From: Deltaproteobacteria bacterium
GTDB lineage: Bacteria; Desulfobacterota; Binatia; UBA12015
Direction: 5' to 3'
Assembly (NCBI GenBank): GCA_016874795.1
Contig: VGTG01000008.1
Location: 9,342 to 73,341, forward strand
DNA length: 64,000 nt
The notes beneath the pieces were generated by a model. The model ran no database searches, had not been told where the DNA came from, and was given only the letters and a program-made list of their open reading frames with translations. Position 1 is the stretch's first letter. Each line of letters starts with the position of its first letter. Positions 19,024 to 28,548 of the stretch are shown here, one piece after another. The translations under genes and the position numbers were made by a program.

Positions 19024-21024
19024 ATGTCCAGGAACGCCCGCCGCCGAACGAGAAAGCACCGCAAGGCGATCCTCTCGGCCTGCGCGGCGCTCGCGGCGTG
19101 CGCAGGCGTCTCGGCGTGCTCGGGCGGAGGCGACGAGCCACCGTCCTTCACGCGCACCGAGGAGCGCGAGCCGTGCGACTCCTACGATTCGCAGCGCCAG
19201 CCCTTCTTCGGGGACCTACACGTCCACACGATGTACTCGGCGGACGCGCGCATCTTCGGGACGCAGAACGGCCCGCGCGACGCGTACCGCTTCGCGCGCG
19301 GCGAGGAGATCGCGATCTCCGACGAGCAGGAGCAGCCGACCCGCCGGGTCCGGATCGACCGGCCGCTCGACTTCGCCGCGGTCACGGACCACTCCGAGTT
19401 CCTCGGCGAGGTCGGCATCTGCAGTGATCCCGACTCGCCCGCGTACGACGACGAGATCTGCCTGCTGCTCCGCGGCGTCGAGGAGCCGGGCGACCGCTTC
19501 CTGATCACGGTCAACTGGCTCTTCCCCGCCGGCATCTCGAGTCCGCCTTCTTCGTTGCCGTTCTGCGAGGAGCTCGGCCTCGACTGCGACGCTTCGGCCG
19601 TGTCGGTGTGGGCGCTGACGCGCGACGCCGCCGAGGAAGCCTACGATCGGTCGAGCGCTTGCCGGTTCACGAGCTTCATCGGCTACGAGCACACCGCGAG
19701 CCCGCTCGGGCAGCACTGGCATCGCAACGTCATCTTCCGGAACGAGCGCGTGCCGGTCGTGCCGTCGAGCGTGCTCGAGACGGAGCGGCGCGGGCATCCG
19801 CAGGGGCTCTGGGAAGCGGTCGAGGACGACTGCCTGAACGCGGGCACCGGCTGCGACGCCGTCATCATCCCACACAACTCGAACCTCTCGGGCGGCGGCC
19901 AGTACGTCGATCCGCGCGACGCCGCCGACGCACGACGCCGTCGCGAGCGCGAGCCGCTCGTCGAGATCTATCAGCACAAGGGCGGCTCCGAGTGCCGCTT
20001 CGATCGCCTCGCCGGGCGTGGCGTTTCGACCGAGGACGAGCTCTGCACGTTCGAGCAGCTCGAGCGCGCCGACGAGACGCCGAAGCCTCCCGGAACCCTG
20101 CCGCCGACCGTCGACGAGTATCCCGCGCGCAATCTCGTGCGGAACGTTCTGAAGGACGGCCTCGCCTTCGAACAGGCCCTCGGCGAGAACCCGTTCCAGA
20201 TGGGCTTCATCGGCAGCACGGACACGCACGACGCGACCGCGGGCGCCGTCGCGGAGAAGCTCTGGCCCGGCGCGCAGGGAAACGGCGACGCGACGGCGGA
20301 TCGGCGCGTCGGCCGAAACCTGCGCGAGAATCCCGGCGGGCTCGCCGTCGTATGGGCGGAGGAGAACTCGCGCGACGCGATCTTCGAGGCGCTCCGCCGG
20401 AGAGAGACCTACGCGACGAGCGGCACGCGGCCGGTCGTGCGCTTCTTCGGCGGCGAGCTCGATCGCGTCGCGTGCGGGCGCGGCGATCTCGTCGAAGCGG
20501 CGTATCGCGACGGCGTGCCGATGGGCGGCGTCCTCGAGGCGGCGAGCGAGAGCCCGCGCTTCGCCGTGCTCGCGTTCAAGGATCCGGGGACGGCGGAGTC
20601 GCCGGGAGCCGATCTGGACCGGATCCAGATCGTCAAGGGATGGGTCGACCCGTCGGGAACGACGCACGAGGCGGTGTTCGACGTCGCCTCCGCTTCGTCG
20701 CCCGGCGCCCCGGTCGATCCTGCTTCGTGCACACCGAGCGCGGGGGCGAGCGAGCTCTGCGCCGTCTGGGAGGATCCGACGTTCGATCCGGACGAGCGCG
20801 CGTTCTACTACGCGCGCGTGCTCGAGCGCTCGTCGTGTCGCTGGAGCACGCTTCTCTGCCGCGAGGCGGGCGTCGATCCGTTCTCGAGCGAGTGCGCCTC
20901 GCAGGCCGCGGCCGCGGGTGAGCTCTACGACGTCTGCTGCACGGAGACGAGCGCCGAGCCCTTCTACGATCCGGCGATCCAGGAGCGCGCCTGGACGTCG
21001 CCGATCTGGTATCGGCCCGGCTGA
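19024..21024 (+). CDS. DUF3604 domain (PHP-like metal-binding) lipoprotein
   Basis: Lipobox VSAC; FGDLHVHT, LDFAAVTDHSE, HRNVIF, IPHNSN, GSTDTH, RETYATSG, QERAWTSPIWY. Confidence 0.88.
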   Translation: MSRNARRRTRKHRKAILSACAALAACAGVSACSGGGDEPPSFTRTEEREPCDSYDSQRQPFFGDLHVHTMYSADARIFGTQNGPRDAYRFARGEEIAISDEQEQPTRRVRIDRPLDFAAVTDHSEFLGEVGICSDPDSPAYDDEICLLLRGVEEPGDRFLITVNWLFPAGISSPPSSLPFCEELGLDCDASAVSVWALTRDAAEEAYDRSSACRFTSFIGYEHTASPLGQHWHRNVIFRNERVPVVPSSVLETERRGHPQGLWEAVEDDCLNAGTGCDAVIIPHNSNLSGGGQYVDPRDAADARRRREREPLVEIYQHKGGSECRFDRLAGRGVSTEDELCTFEQLERADETPKPPGTLPPTVDEYPARNLVRNVLKDGLAFEQALGENPFQMGFIGSTDTHDATAGAVAEKLWPGAQGNGDATADRRVGRNLRENPGGLAVVWAEENSRDAIFEALRRRETYATSGTRPVVRFFGGELDRVACGRGDLVEAAYRDGVPMGGVLEAASESPRFAVLAFKDPGTAESPGADLDRIQIVKGWVDPSGTTHEAVFDVASASSPGAPVDPASCTPSAGASELCAVWEDPTFDPDERAFYYARVLERSSCRWSTLLCREAGVDPFSSECASQAAAAGELYDVCCTETSAEPFYDPAIQERAWTSPIWYRPG

Positions 21025-21085
21025 ACGAGCAAAGCGTCGAGAGACGTCGACCGCGCGCACGTGCGGGCGCGAGGAGGAGTCGGCG

Positions 21086-21385
21086 ATGCTCTTCATGCGC
21101 CAGGGACGGCCGAAGGCCGGCGTATCGGTGGAGGACCAGGAGCGTGCGGTGCGGCTCTTCCAGAGCTGGAAGCCGCCCGCGGATCTGAAGATCCAGGCCC
21201 ACGATGCGTCTGCGAACGGCGGCGACTACGTGATCGTCGAGACCGATTCGGTGCCGGCGTTGATCGAGGCGATCCAGGTGTGGGCGCCGATGCTCGCGTA
21301 CGAGGTGACGCCGATCGTCCCGGTCGAGGCAGGCGTGACCGGCCTCGTGCGCGCGTGCGAGACACGCGCGCAGCTCCTGGCCTAG
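21086..21385 (+). CDS. Small DUF3303-like protein
   Basis: RBS GAGGAG; WKPPADLKI...VIVETDS...EVTPIV pattern; its TAG stop is the CTAG of MITE copy 2. Confidence 0.68.
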   Translation: MLFMRQGRPKAGVSVEDQERAVRLFQSWKPPADLKIQAHDASANGGDYVIVETDSVPALIEAIQVWAPMLAYEVTPIVPVEAGVTGLVRACETRAQLLA

Positions 21386-21567
21386 CCTGCATTTCTCACC
21401 AGATCCCTACTGCGGCGGCCGATAGCACCGAATCTTCGCGAGCTTCTCCCTCCGGGCTCCTCGACGTACTGTTCAAGTACGCCTGCGTCGCCCTCCGGTC
21501 CGAGGCTCGCGAATCTTCGGCACTCTCGACCGCCTCGCGACGTGATCTGGTGAGAAATGCAGGCTAG
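21382..21567. mobile_element. MITE-like element, copy 2 (inverted relative to copy 1)
   Basis: Same 24-nt TIR and 186-bp length; by-eye comparison shows identity to the reverse complement of 3646..3831. Confidence 0.88.
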
Positions 21568-22274
21568 CGCGTCTCCCGAATCGAAGCGGTCCGCTCTTCG
21601 GGCGCGGCGCGCCGCCGGATTCGGCGTCGCCGCCGCCCGCAGCGATCTGCCGAGACAAGCGATCGATGCTCTCGGAGAGCACCTCCACCTCGCGACGGAG
21701 GCCGCGGAGCTCCACGCGAAGCTCCTGGTCGAGCCGCTTGATCACCGCGTGCGTCTCCTCGTCGGACTCGTCGATCTTCTGCCGCGACAGCCACGCTGCG
21801 ATCTGTGCGGTGAGGAGGCGCGGTCACGAAGAGGACCGCGAAGGCCTCCGGAGAAAGGATGCGCCGCAGGCCCGTGCCGGCGCGCTGCGCGAGCACGAGG
21901 AGCCGCACCAAACGAACGACCGCCATGATGCGCGCCATCCGCCCGAGGTTCGTGAGGCGCACGAGGCGCAGCTCGCTCAGCAGCGCGGGCATGGCCGGGA
22001 ACGTGAGCGCGAGGATCGCGAGGTCGAGCCAGGCGGAGGATTTTCGTAGCCAGCCGCGTCCGAAGGCGACCGCCTTCGTCGCCGCGTCCACGGCGAAGAT
22101 CGACCAGATCGCCCAGTCCGCGATGCCTTCCCCCGGAACCCAGCTCGGGCTCTCGATGCTCAGGTTCGTCAGCACCACCGGGATCAGAGCGAGCGCCGAC
22201 ACGGTGGCTGCGACATCGGTTGCGGGCTCGAACGCCAGCGCAGCTTCTCTCCGGCTCTTCCAGGGCCGACGCAT
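21564..22274 (-). pseudogene. Voltage-gated K+ channel-like gene with pore module deleted and a frameshift
   Basis: S1-S4 present (WLDLAIL; RLVRL...RMARIMAVVRLVRLL); no TVGYG filter; at about 21818 another frame resumes with S6-end-like LLTAQIAAWLSRQ and a coiled coil. Confidence 0.72.
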
Positions 22275-22370
22275 GATCCTGCATACGGCCGTCCGCCGAG
22301 GCTTTCCACCCGTTCGGAGCGCAAAGACGTGCTCGACTTGGATGTGCCCCCATGCGTAATTGGGCGGAAA

Positions 22371-24128
22371 ATGGGAGACAGGGGGGCACCGTCCGAATAC
22401 GCGCGAGAGGTGCGTCGACGCGTCGCGAAGCGCCTACCCGCTGCGATTCTCTTCTTGCTCGCGAGCGCCGCGATCTCGACGGCCTTCGAGATCGTTCGCT
22501 TCCCCGCGCGCGCCGGGTGGATGTTCTCGTTGGACGCGATCCTGATCGTGATCGCGGCGGCGACGCTCGGATTCGCGCGATTGAATCCCGGGCGTGCGGT
22601 CGGCGCCGCGGTTCTGGCGATGAACGCCGTCGGAATCCTGTTGAACCTCTATCACGCGCTCGTCAGCGCCCAGGTCGGCCCCTGTATCTGGACGCTCACC
22701 GCGCTGCAGGCCTCCGCGGTCGTGTTCCTGCCGTGGGGCTGGCGCGCTCAGGCGCTCGGCTCGATCGGGACGGTCGTCGGCTATCCCTTGATGCTGCAGA
22801 CGACCGACCAGGTGCTCTCGTGGGCCGCAGGCGGTGCGTACCTCGCGATGGTCGTCGGGATGAGCATCGCCGGAGCCGCGCTGATCGGCCGCTATCTCAA
22901 GATCGACCTGTCGCTGTCTCGGGCGCTTTCGGAGCGCGAGGCGCGTCTCGAGGAGCTGCTCGCGCGCGAGCAGACGGCGCGGCGCAAGGCGGAGGCGGCG
23001 AGCCGGGCGAAGGACGAGTTCCTCGCGACGATCTCGCACGAGCTGCGCACGCCGCTCACGCCCATCCTCGGTTGGACGCGCCAGCTACGCGACGGCCTGC
23101 TGAGCCCGGGCGAGGTCGATTAGGTCGTGCGCACGATCGAGAGGAGCGGCAGCTCGCTCGCGCAGCTCATCGAGGATCTGCTCGACGTCTCCCGCATCAC
23201 GCAGGGAAAGCTTCGGCTCAGCCTCCGCACGGTCGACGTCTCCGCCGTCGTCGCGGCGGCGATCGAGCCGATGCGTCCCGCGGCGCTCGCGAAGGAGATC
23301 CGCCTGCACCTGCTCCTCGCGAAGGAGCCGCCGATCGTCTCCGCCGATCCGGATCGCTTGCAGCAGATCGTCTGGAACCTCGTGTCGAACGCGATCAAGT
23401 TCACGCCGCGAGGCGGAAACGTGCGCGTCGCGGTACGGCGCGCCGGGCTGCACGCGGAGATCGTCGTCGCCGACACGGGACACGGGATCGCGCCCGACGT
23501 TCTGCCGCACGTGTTCGAGCGCTTCTGGCAGGCCGACGGCTCGAGCACGCGCGCGCACGGCGGGCTCGGCCTCGGGCTCGCGATCGTCCGTCATCTCGTC
23601 GAGCTGCACGGAGGCAACGTGCGCGTCGAGAGCCCGGGCGAGGGGCAGGGCGCGACGTTCCACGTCCAGCTTCCGATCAGCGCCGAGGCGACGCGGACGG
23701 CATCCGAATCGGCTCCGCGACGCCAGGGCGTGTCACTCGACGGTCTGAGCGTCCTCATCGTCGACGACGAGGACGACGGCCGGGAGATGGTGCGCACGCT
23801 GTTCGAGCGCCGCGGGGTCGAGGTGCGGACCGCTTCCTCGACGCGTCAAGCACTCGAGGTCTTCGATCTCTGGGCGCCGCGCGTGCTGATCTCGGACATC
23901 GCGATTCCGCATCAGGACGGCCTCGAGCTGATCCGCGAGGTCCGTGCGCGTGAAGCGGACCTCGGCGGACACCTGCCGGCGCTCGCGTTCATGGCGCGGA
24001 CGCGCACCGAGGACCGCGCGCAGGCGCTCGCCGCGGGCTTCGACGGCTACCTCGCGAAGCCCTCGGACCCGGACGAGCTGCTCTCGTTCGTGGCGCAGCT
24101 CGCCTCGAACTCTTCGCACGCTTACTAA
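22371..24128 (+). pseudogene. Membrane hybrid sensor histidine kinase/receiver interrupted by an in-frame TAG (23121..23123)
   Basis: [16 protein letters not shown] before the TAG; NLVSNAIKFT, DTGHGI, GGLGLGL and REC domain after it in the same frame. Confidence 0.82.
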
Positions 24129-24130
24129 TT

Positions 24131-24319
24131 CAAGCGAGGGGGCGCTGCCCCCTCGCCGGAGCTGCAGCAAAGCTGCAGCTCCTCCACGGTTGATCGCAAG
24201 CGAGGAGGCGCTGCCCCCTCGCCGGAGCTGCAGCAAAGCTGCAGCTCCTCCACGGTTGATCGCAAGCGAGGAGGCGCTGCCCCCTCGCCGGAGCTGCAGC
24301 AAAGCTGCAGCTCCTCCAC
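24131..24319. repeat. Tandem array of about 2.9 x 66-bp palindromic (REP-like) units
   Basis: Units start at 24131, 24197, 24263; each has hairpins GCGAGG(G/A)GGCGCTGCCCCCTCGC and GGAGCTGCAGC-AAA-GCTGCAGCTCC. Confidence 0.92.
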
Positions 24320-24430
24320 TCCCCCGCTCGCCCTCCGCTCGGCCGCGCGCTTCGCGCGCGGAGGGTCGCGTTCCTCGGAGCGCGGGGCTGGTGCGGTCAT
24401 GAGGCTGATCCTCCTGTCGTCTATTGGCGC

Positions 24431-26071
24431 GTGAGCGGGCGAGCGGCGTGGGAGACGGCACGGTGGACCGTCGTGATCCTCTTCGCCGTGGCGGCGTGCT
24501 GGCACGTCGACCGGCCGGGCTACCTCTACGACGAGGTCCTGTTCGTCAATGCGGCGCTGGGCGGCGTCGACGAGAGCTTCGTGCACGCGCGTGTCCTCGG
24601 CGTCCCGGTGATGCTGATGTCGTACCTCGGTGCGCTGAAGGCCTGGCTGCACGCGCCGGTCTTCGCGGTGTTCGGCGTCTCCGCGGAGACGATCCGCGTG
24701 CCGAGCGTCCTCCTCGCCGCGGCGAGCCTCTACCTCTTCGCGCGCATCGGCGACCGCCTCTTCGGGCAGATGCTCGGCTTCTGGTTCCTTCTCGTGCTCG
24801 CGACCGATCCGCGGCTCTTCCTCGCGGCGCGCGTCGACTACGGTCCGGTCGTCCTGATGATGCTCCTGAAGGCCGCGGCTCTCCTGCTCTTTCTCGGCTG
24901 GCTCGCGGAGCCGAGCACCGGAAAGCTCGCGGCGCTTCTCGCCGTGCTCGCGCTCGGCGTCTTCGACAAGCTGAATTTCATCTGGTTCGTGGTGGCGCTC
25001 GGAGCTGCGGCGATCGTCGTCCATTCGCGCCAGGTCACGCGGAATCTTCGGCAGAGCGGCGCGAGCGGGATGTTGCTTCTCGTCGTCGCCGGCGGGATCG
25101 CGGCGTGGGTCGGAGCGACGTGTGTCCTGCCGCTCCTGGGCTCGGACTTGGCGTATCTTCCGAAGCAGCCGCCCGTGCTGTCGCTGCAGCGACTCTTCGC
25201 GCTGCTCGAGATCGTCCGGTCCACGCTTCTCGCTGCGCGCGGTTGGTATCTACTCTTCCCCGGCCCGCCGCCCGTCGGGACGGCGTTCACGCTCGACCTC
25301 GCTCTCGCGCAATCGACCTGGGTGGTCGGGCTCGGTGCTCTCGCTCTCGCTGCGATGACGGCGTGGGCGGCCCGGCGAGGCCAGGCGCGAACGATCGCAT
25401 TTCTCTTCGTGCTGCTGCTCGTCCTCTTCGTGCAGGTGCTTCTCACGCGTCAGGCGACGATGCCGCACCACGCGTTCGTGCTCCATCCGTTCCATCTCCT
25501 CCTCGTCTTCGCGATCGCGGCCCCGCTCGTGCAAGCTCTCCTCGTGCGGCGGCGCGCTCTCGCGCACGCGCTCGTCGGCGTCGCGGCGGGCCTTCTCGTC
25601 GTCGCACACGTGCGAGCCGACGCCGCCTACCTCGAGCGGATCGAGGACCCGGCGGGATACCTCGCCGAGAGCAGTCCCGCGATCCGCGATCTCTCCGACC
25701 GCATCCGATCGCTCCGGACGGACGCGGTCTTCTCGGTCGACTGGGGTCTTCACACGCAGCTCTTCTCGCTCGCGGCGGCCGAGGACCGCGCGCGGTTCAC
25801 CGACCTCTGGGCGACCTTCGAGAATCCGGCCGCCTCGACCGTCGCGGGGAAGCAGTCGCTCCGCGAGCGCTTCGCGGGCCGGCGGATCGTCGTCGTCCAG
25901 CACACGTCGCGTCAGACCGTGATGCGAGGGGCGCGGAACGCCTTCCTCGACTTCCGCGCCGAGATGCTGCCCGGAGCCGCTCCGCCGGAGAGGGTCGCGG
26001 ACGCGGCGGGCCGCCGACTCTACGAGATCCACCTCGTTCCGGCAGAGCCGGCTTCCCGTTCGGGATCTTGA
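24431..26071 (+). CDS. Integral membrane glycosyltransferase (GT39/ArnT/PMT-like, GT-C fold)
   Basis: RPGYLYDE acidic motif after TM1, MSYLGALK, DKLNF, many TMs, C-terminal DWG domain. Confidence 0.75.
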   Translation: MSGRAAWETARWTVVILFAVAACWHVDRPGYLYDEVLFVNAALGGVDESFVHARVLGVPVMLMSYLGALKAWLHAPVFAVFGVSAETIRVPSVLLAAASLYLFARIGDRLFGQMLGFWFLLVLATDPRLFLAARVDYGPVVLMMLLKAAALLLFLGWLAEPSTGKLAALLAVLALGVFDKLNFIWFVVALGAAAIVVHSRQVTRNLRQSGASGMLLLVVAGGIAAWVGATCVLPLLGSDLAYLPKQPPVLSLQRLFALLEIVRSTLLAARGWYLLFPGPPPVGTAFTLDLALAQSTWVVGLGALALAAMTAWAARRGQARTIAFLFVLLLVLFVQVLLTRQATMPHHAFVLHPFHLLLVFAIAAPLVQALLVRRRALAHALVGVAAGLLVVAHVRADAAYLERIEDPAGYLAESSPAIRDLSDRIRSLRTDAVFSVDWGLHTQLFSLAAAEDRARFTDLWATFENPAASTVAGKQSLRERFAGRRIVVVQHTSRQTVMRGARNAFLDFRAEMLPGAAPPERVADAAGRRLYEIHLVPAEPASRSGS

Positions 26072-28104
26072 CCGAGCGGGCTCGCGCGAGCGAGTCTCCC
26101 TCTTCCTTGGGACACCTACGCGGGAGAAGTGCTTTCGCCGCGGCCGTCGCCTTCGCGTTTCTCGCCGCGCCGTCGAGCGGTGCGGCGCGCTGCGGCCCGG
26201 GCGATCTCGTCGCCCTCGGGGAATCCGTGCGCGCGGAGCTCGAATGCCGGCGCGGAAGGCTCCTCGGCGAAGGAGCGTGCGCCGCTCCGGCCCCGCCCGC
26301 GTGCGGCCGCGACGCCGCGGCGGCTGCGGTCGAGCTGATCTTCCCTTCGGCGACCGCTTCCGCTTCGGGCTGGAGCTCCGCGGCGCTCCGCTGCCAGAGC
26401 GCGATCGCCCACGCCGCCGGTCGCTTCGCTTCGCAGCGTTTCCGCGAGCGGGAGCGCGGCGAGCGGCGCACCCGTGCCGCCCGCGCCTTCGCGCGGATCG
26501 ATCTCTCGTGCGCGGGCGTCACCGTCGAGGGACGGCTCTCCGGTGCGCGGCTCCCGGGCGCCGGCGGAGCCTGCGCGGCTGCCGCAGGACGCGTGCGTAC
26601 GAGCCTCGCGACCGAACCGCTGCGCCGATGCTTGCGCGCTTCGCTCGAGCGGATCGTCGACGACACAGCGCCCGAGCCGCTCCGGCCGAGCATCGTCCTG
26701 ATCCTGACCGACGATCAGCGCTGGGACACGCTCGGCTTCATGCCGGCGACGCTCCGCCGCCTCGGCGGGGAAGGTCTCACGTTCACGAACGCCTTCGCGA
26801 CGACGCCGGTCTGCTCGCCGAGCCGCGCGAGCATCTTCTCGGGGCTCGTCGCGCATCGCCACGGCGTGCATGCGAACGGGCAGGAGCCGGCCTTCGATCC
26901 GCGCACGAGCGTCGCCGTTCCGCTCGCTGCGGCCGGATACGCGAACGGCTTCTTCGGCAAGTACTTGAACGACGCCGAGAAGCTCGGCCTCGCGCCGCCT
27001 CCGGGGTGGGACGAGTGGCACGTCCTCCTCGGCCCGGCGGGTGGAAGCTTCTTCGGCTCGAGCCTCGACGAGAATGGCGCGCTTCGCACGCTGCCGCAGG
27101 ACGCGTACTCGACCGACGTCCTCGCGCAGCGCGCGGTGAGCTTCATCCGTGAGCACGCGGACGAGCCGTTCTTCGCCGTCTTCGCGCCCTTCGCCCCGCA
27201 CGCGCCGGCGGATCCCGCTCCGCGGCACGCCGGCTCTCTCGCGGGCCTGCCGCCGTACCGGCCGCCGAGCTGGCACGAGCCGGACGTGTCGGACAAGCCG
27301 CTCTGGGTGCAGCTCCTCGCGCGTGTGCTCAAGCCCGAGGCCGCGGTGATGCGCGACACGCTGCGTCTCCGGGAGCTCGAGTCGCTCGCCGCGGTCGATG
27401 AAGCGGTCGGAGCGATCACGGACGTGCTCGAGCGTGCCGGCATCGCCGACTCGACGCTCGTCGTCTTCACGTCGGACCACGGCATCCACTGGGGAGAGCA
27501 CTGGAGCAGGACGAAGTTTTCATTTTACGAGGAGTCGATCCGCGTCCCCTACCTGATCCGCCATCCAATGCGCGCTCCGACGCCGGGGAAGCGGTCGGAG
27601 CTCGTGCTCAACGTCGACCTCGCTCCGACGCTGGCGGCTGCGGCCGGCGTCGCGCTCGCGGCGAAGCCCGACGGGGAGAGTCTCCTCCCGCTCTTCGTCG
27701 CGAGCCCGCCTTCGTGGCGGAAGGACTTCCTCCTCGAGACCCCGGGCGAGCTGATCGGGCCGCCGGGCCGTGCGGTGCGCACGCGGCGCTGGAAGTACGT
27801 TCGGCTCTATCCCCAGGCCGGGATCGACGAGGAGCTCTACGATCTCGCGGCGGATCCGTTCGAGCTCGAGAACCTCGCCCGGAGCCCGTCGCACGAGATG
27901 ACCCGGAGCCGTCTCGCGGCCCGCCTGGCGAAGCTCGTGCGGGACGCGAGCGCACGGACGAGCGCCGGCTCCGGATCGGCGTCCGCGGACGTCCTACTCG
28001 GAGACGATGCGGAAGCGGACGCCGCCGCGCAGCTCGGGGACGGGCGGCGCGACCTTGTCGACCTCGAGGTCGAGCCGCGCGCCGCGCGGAAGCCGGGCGC
28101 TTAG
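26068..28104 (+). CDS. Sulfatase with Cys-rich N-terminal extension
   Basis: ILTDDQR, CSPSRASIFSG (CxPxR), FGKYLN, APHAP, FTSDHG, YEESIRVP, ELYDLAADPFELENL; start uncertain (TTG overlapping upstream stop). Confidence 0.85.
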   Translation: MTERARASESPSSLGHLRGRSAFAAAVAFAFLAAPSSGAARCGPGDLVALGESVRAELECRRGRLLGEGACAAPAPPACGRDAAAAAVELIFPSATASASGWSSAALRCQSAIAHAAGRFASQRFRERERGERRTRAARAFARIDLSCAGVTVEGRLSGARLPGAGGACAAAAGRVRTSLATEPLRRCLRASLERIVDDTAPEPLRPSIVLILTDDQRWDTLGFMPATLRRLGGEGLTFTNAFATTPVCSPSRASIFSGLVAHRHGVHANGQEPAFDPRTSVAVPLAAAGYANGFFGKYLNDAEKLGLAPPPGWDEWHVLLGPAGGSFFGSSLDENGALRTLPQDAYSTDVLAQRAVSFIREHADEPFFAVFAPFAPHAPADPAPRHAGSLAGLPPYRPPSWHEPDVSDKPLWVQLLARVLKPEAAVMRDTLRLRELESLAAVDEAVGAITDVLERAGIADSTLVVFTSDHGIHWGEHWSRTKFSFYEESIRVPYLIRHPMRAPTPGKRSELVLNVDLAPTLAAAAGVALAAKPDGESLLPLFVASPPSWRKDFLLETPGELIGPPGRAVRTRRWKYVRLYPQAGIDEELYDLAADPFELENLARSPSHEMTRSRLAARLAKLVRDASARTSAGSGSASADVLLGDDAEADAAAQLGDGRRDLVDLEVEPRAARKPGA

Positions 28105-28419
28105 CGGGTCGTACAGCGCGGCGGCCAGGTGCTCGACGAGCCGGAACTCGCGGCTCGCGCAGAAGTCGCGCGCGGTCGCCGCGAGCTCCGCGTAGCAGGC
28201 CGTGTCGCCGAGCGAGTCGGTCCAGCACGCGGCCGGCGGCGCCTCGAAGTGCACGCGCAGGCCCAGGCGGACCTTCTGCGGCACGCGACGCTCCTCGGCT
28301 TCGCAGCCGAGGTGGACGTCGAGCTCGATCGCCTCGACCGTCAACGTCGTTCGCCAGCGCCGCTCCGGCCGGGAGCCCACTGCCGTCGTCACCGGAGTCG
28401 CGCGTACGATGCTCGCCAT
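27994..28419 (-). CDS. folB: Dihydroneopterin aldolase
   Basis: HLGCEAEERRVPQ, DSLGDTACYAE, FRLVEHLA, LEVDK motifs. Confidence 0.82.
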   Translation of the reverse strand: MASIVRATPVTTAVGSRPERRWRTTLTVEAIELDVHLGCEAEERRVPQKVRLGLRVHFEAPPAACWTDSLGDTACYAELAATARDFCASREFRLVEHLAAALYDPLSARLPRGARLDLEVDKVAPPVPELRGGVRFRIVSE

Positions 28420-28548
28420 CGCGCGATCTTGGCGTTCCCGTGCAGGGAATCCAAGTTAAACCGATTGAGCGAAACGTTCGCTCCGGCTTACGGCCGGCGC
28501 ATCGCTCGGCTTGACAAGGGTCGGCTGCTCGCAGAGAGGACCAGTTCC

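Noticed and set aside
3646-21567. Idea that inversion between the MITE copies split the ABC ATPase from its permeases
   Set aside because: Re-inverting the segment would move the permeases further from the ATPase rather than restore an operon
23121-23123. Pyrrolysine recoding of the kinase TAG
   Set aside because: No pyl genes in the window, TAG is a normal stop for many genes here, and the receiver domain shows other signs of decay
24131-24319. Possible CRISPR array
   Set aside because: Units are repeated end to end with no unique spacers, and no cas genes are present
28511-28540. TTGACA upstream of the lipoprotein gene
   Set aside because: No credible -10 hexamer at 16-18 bp spacing
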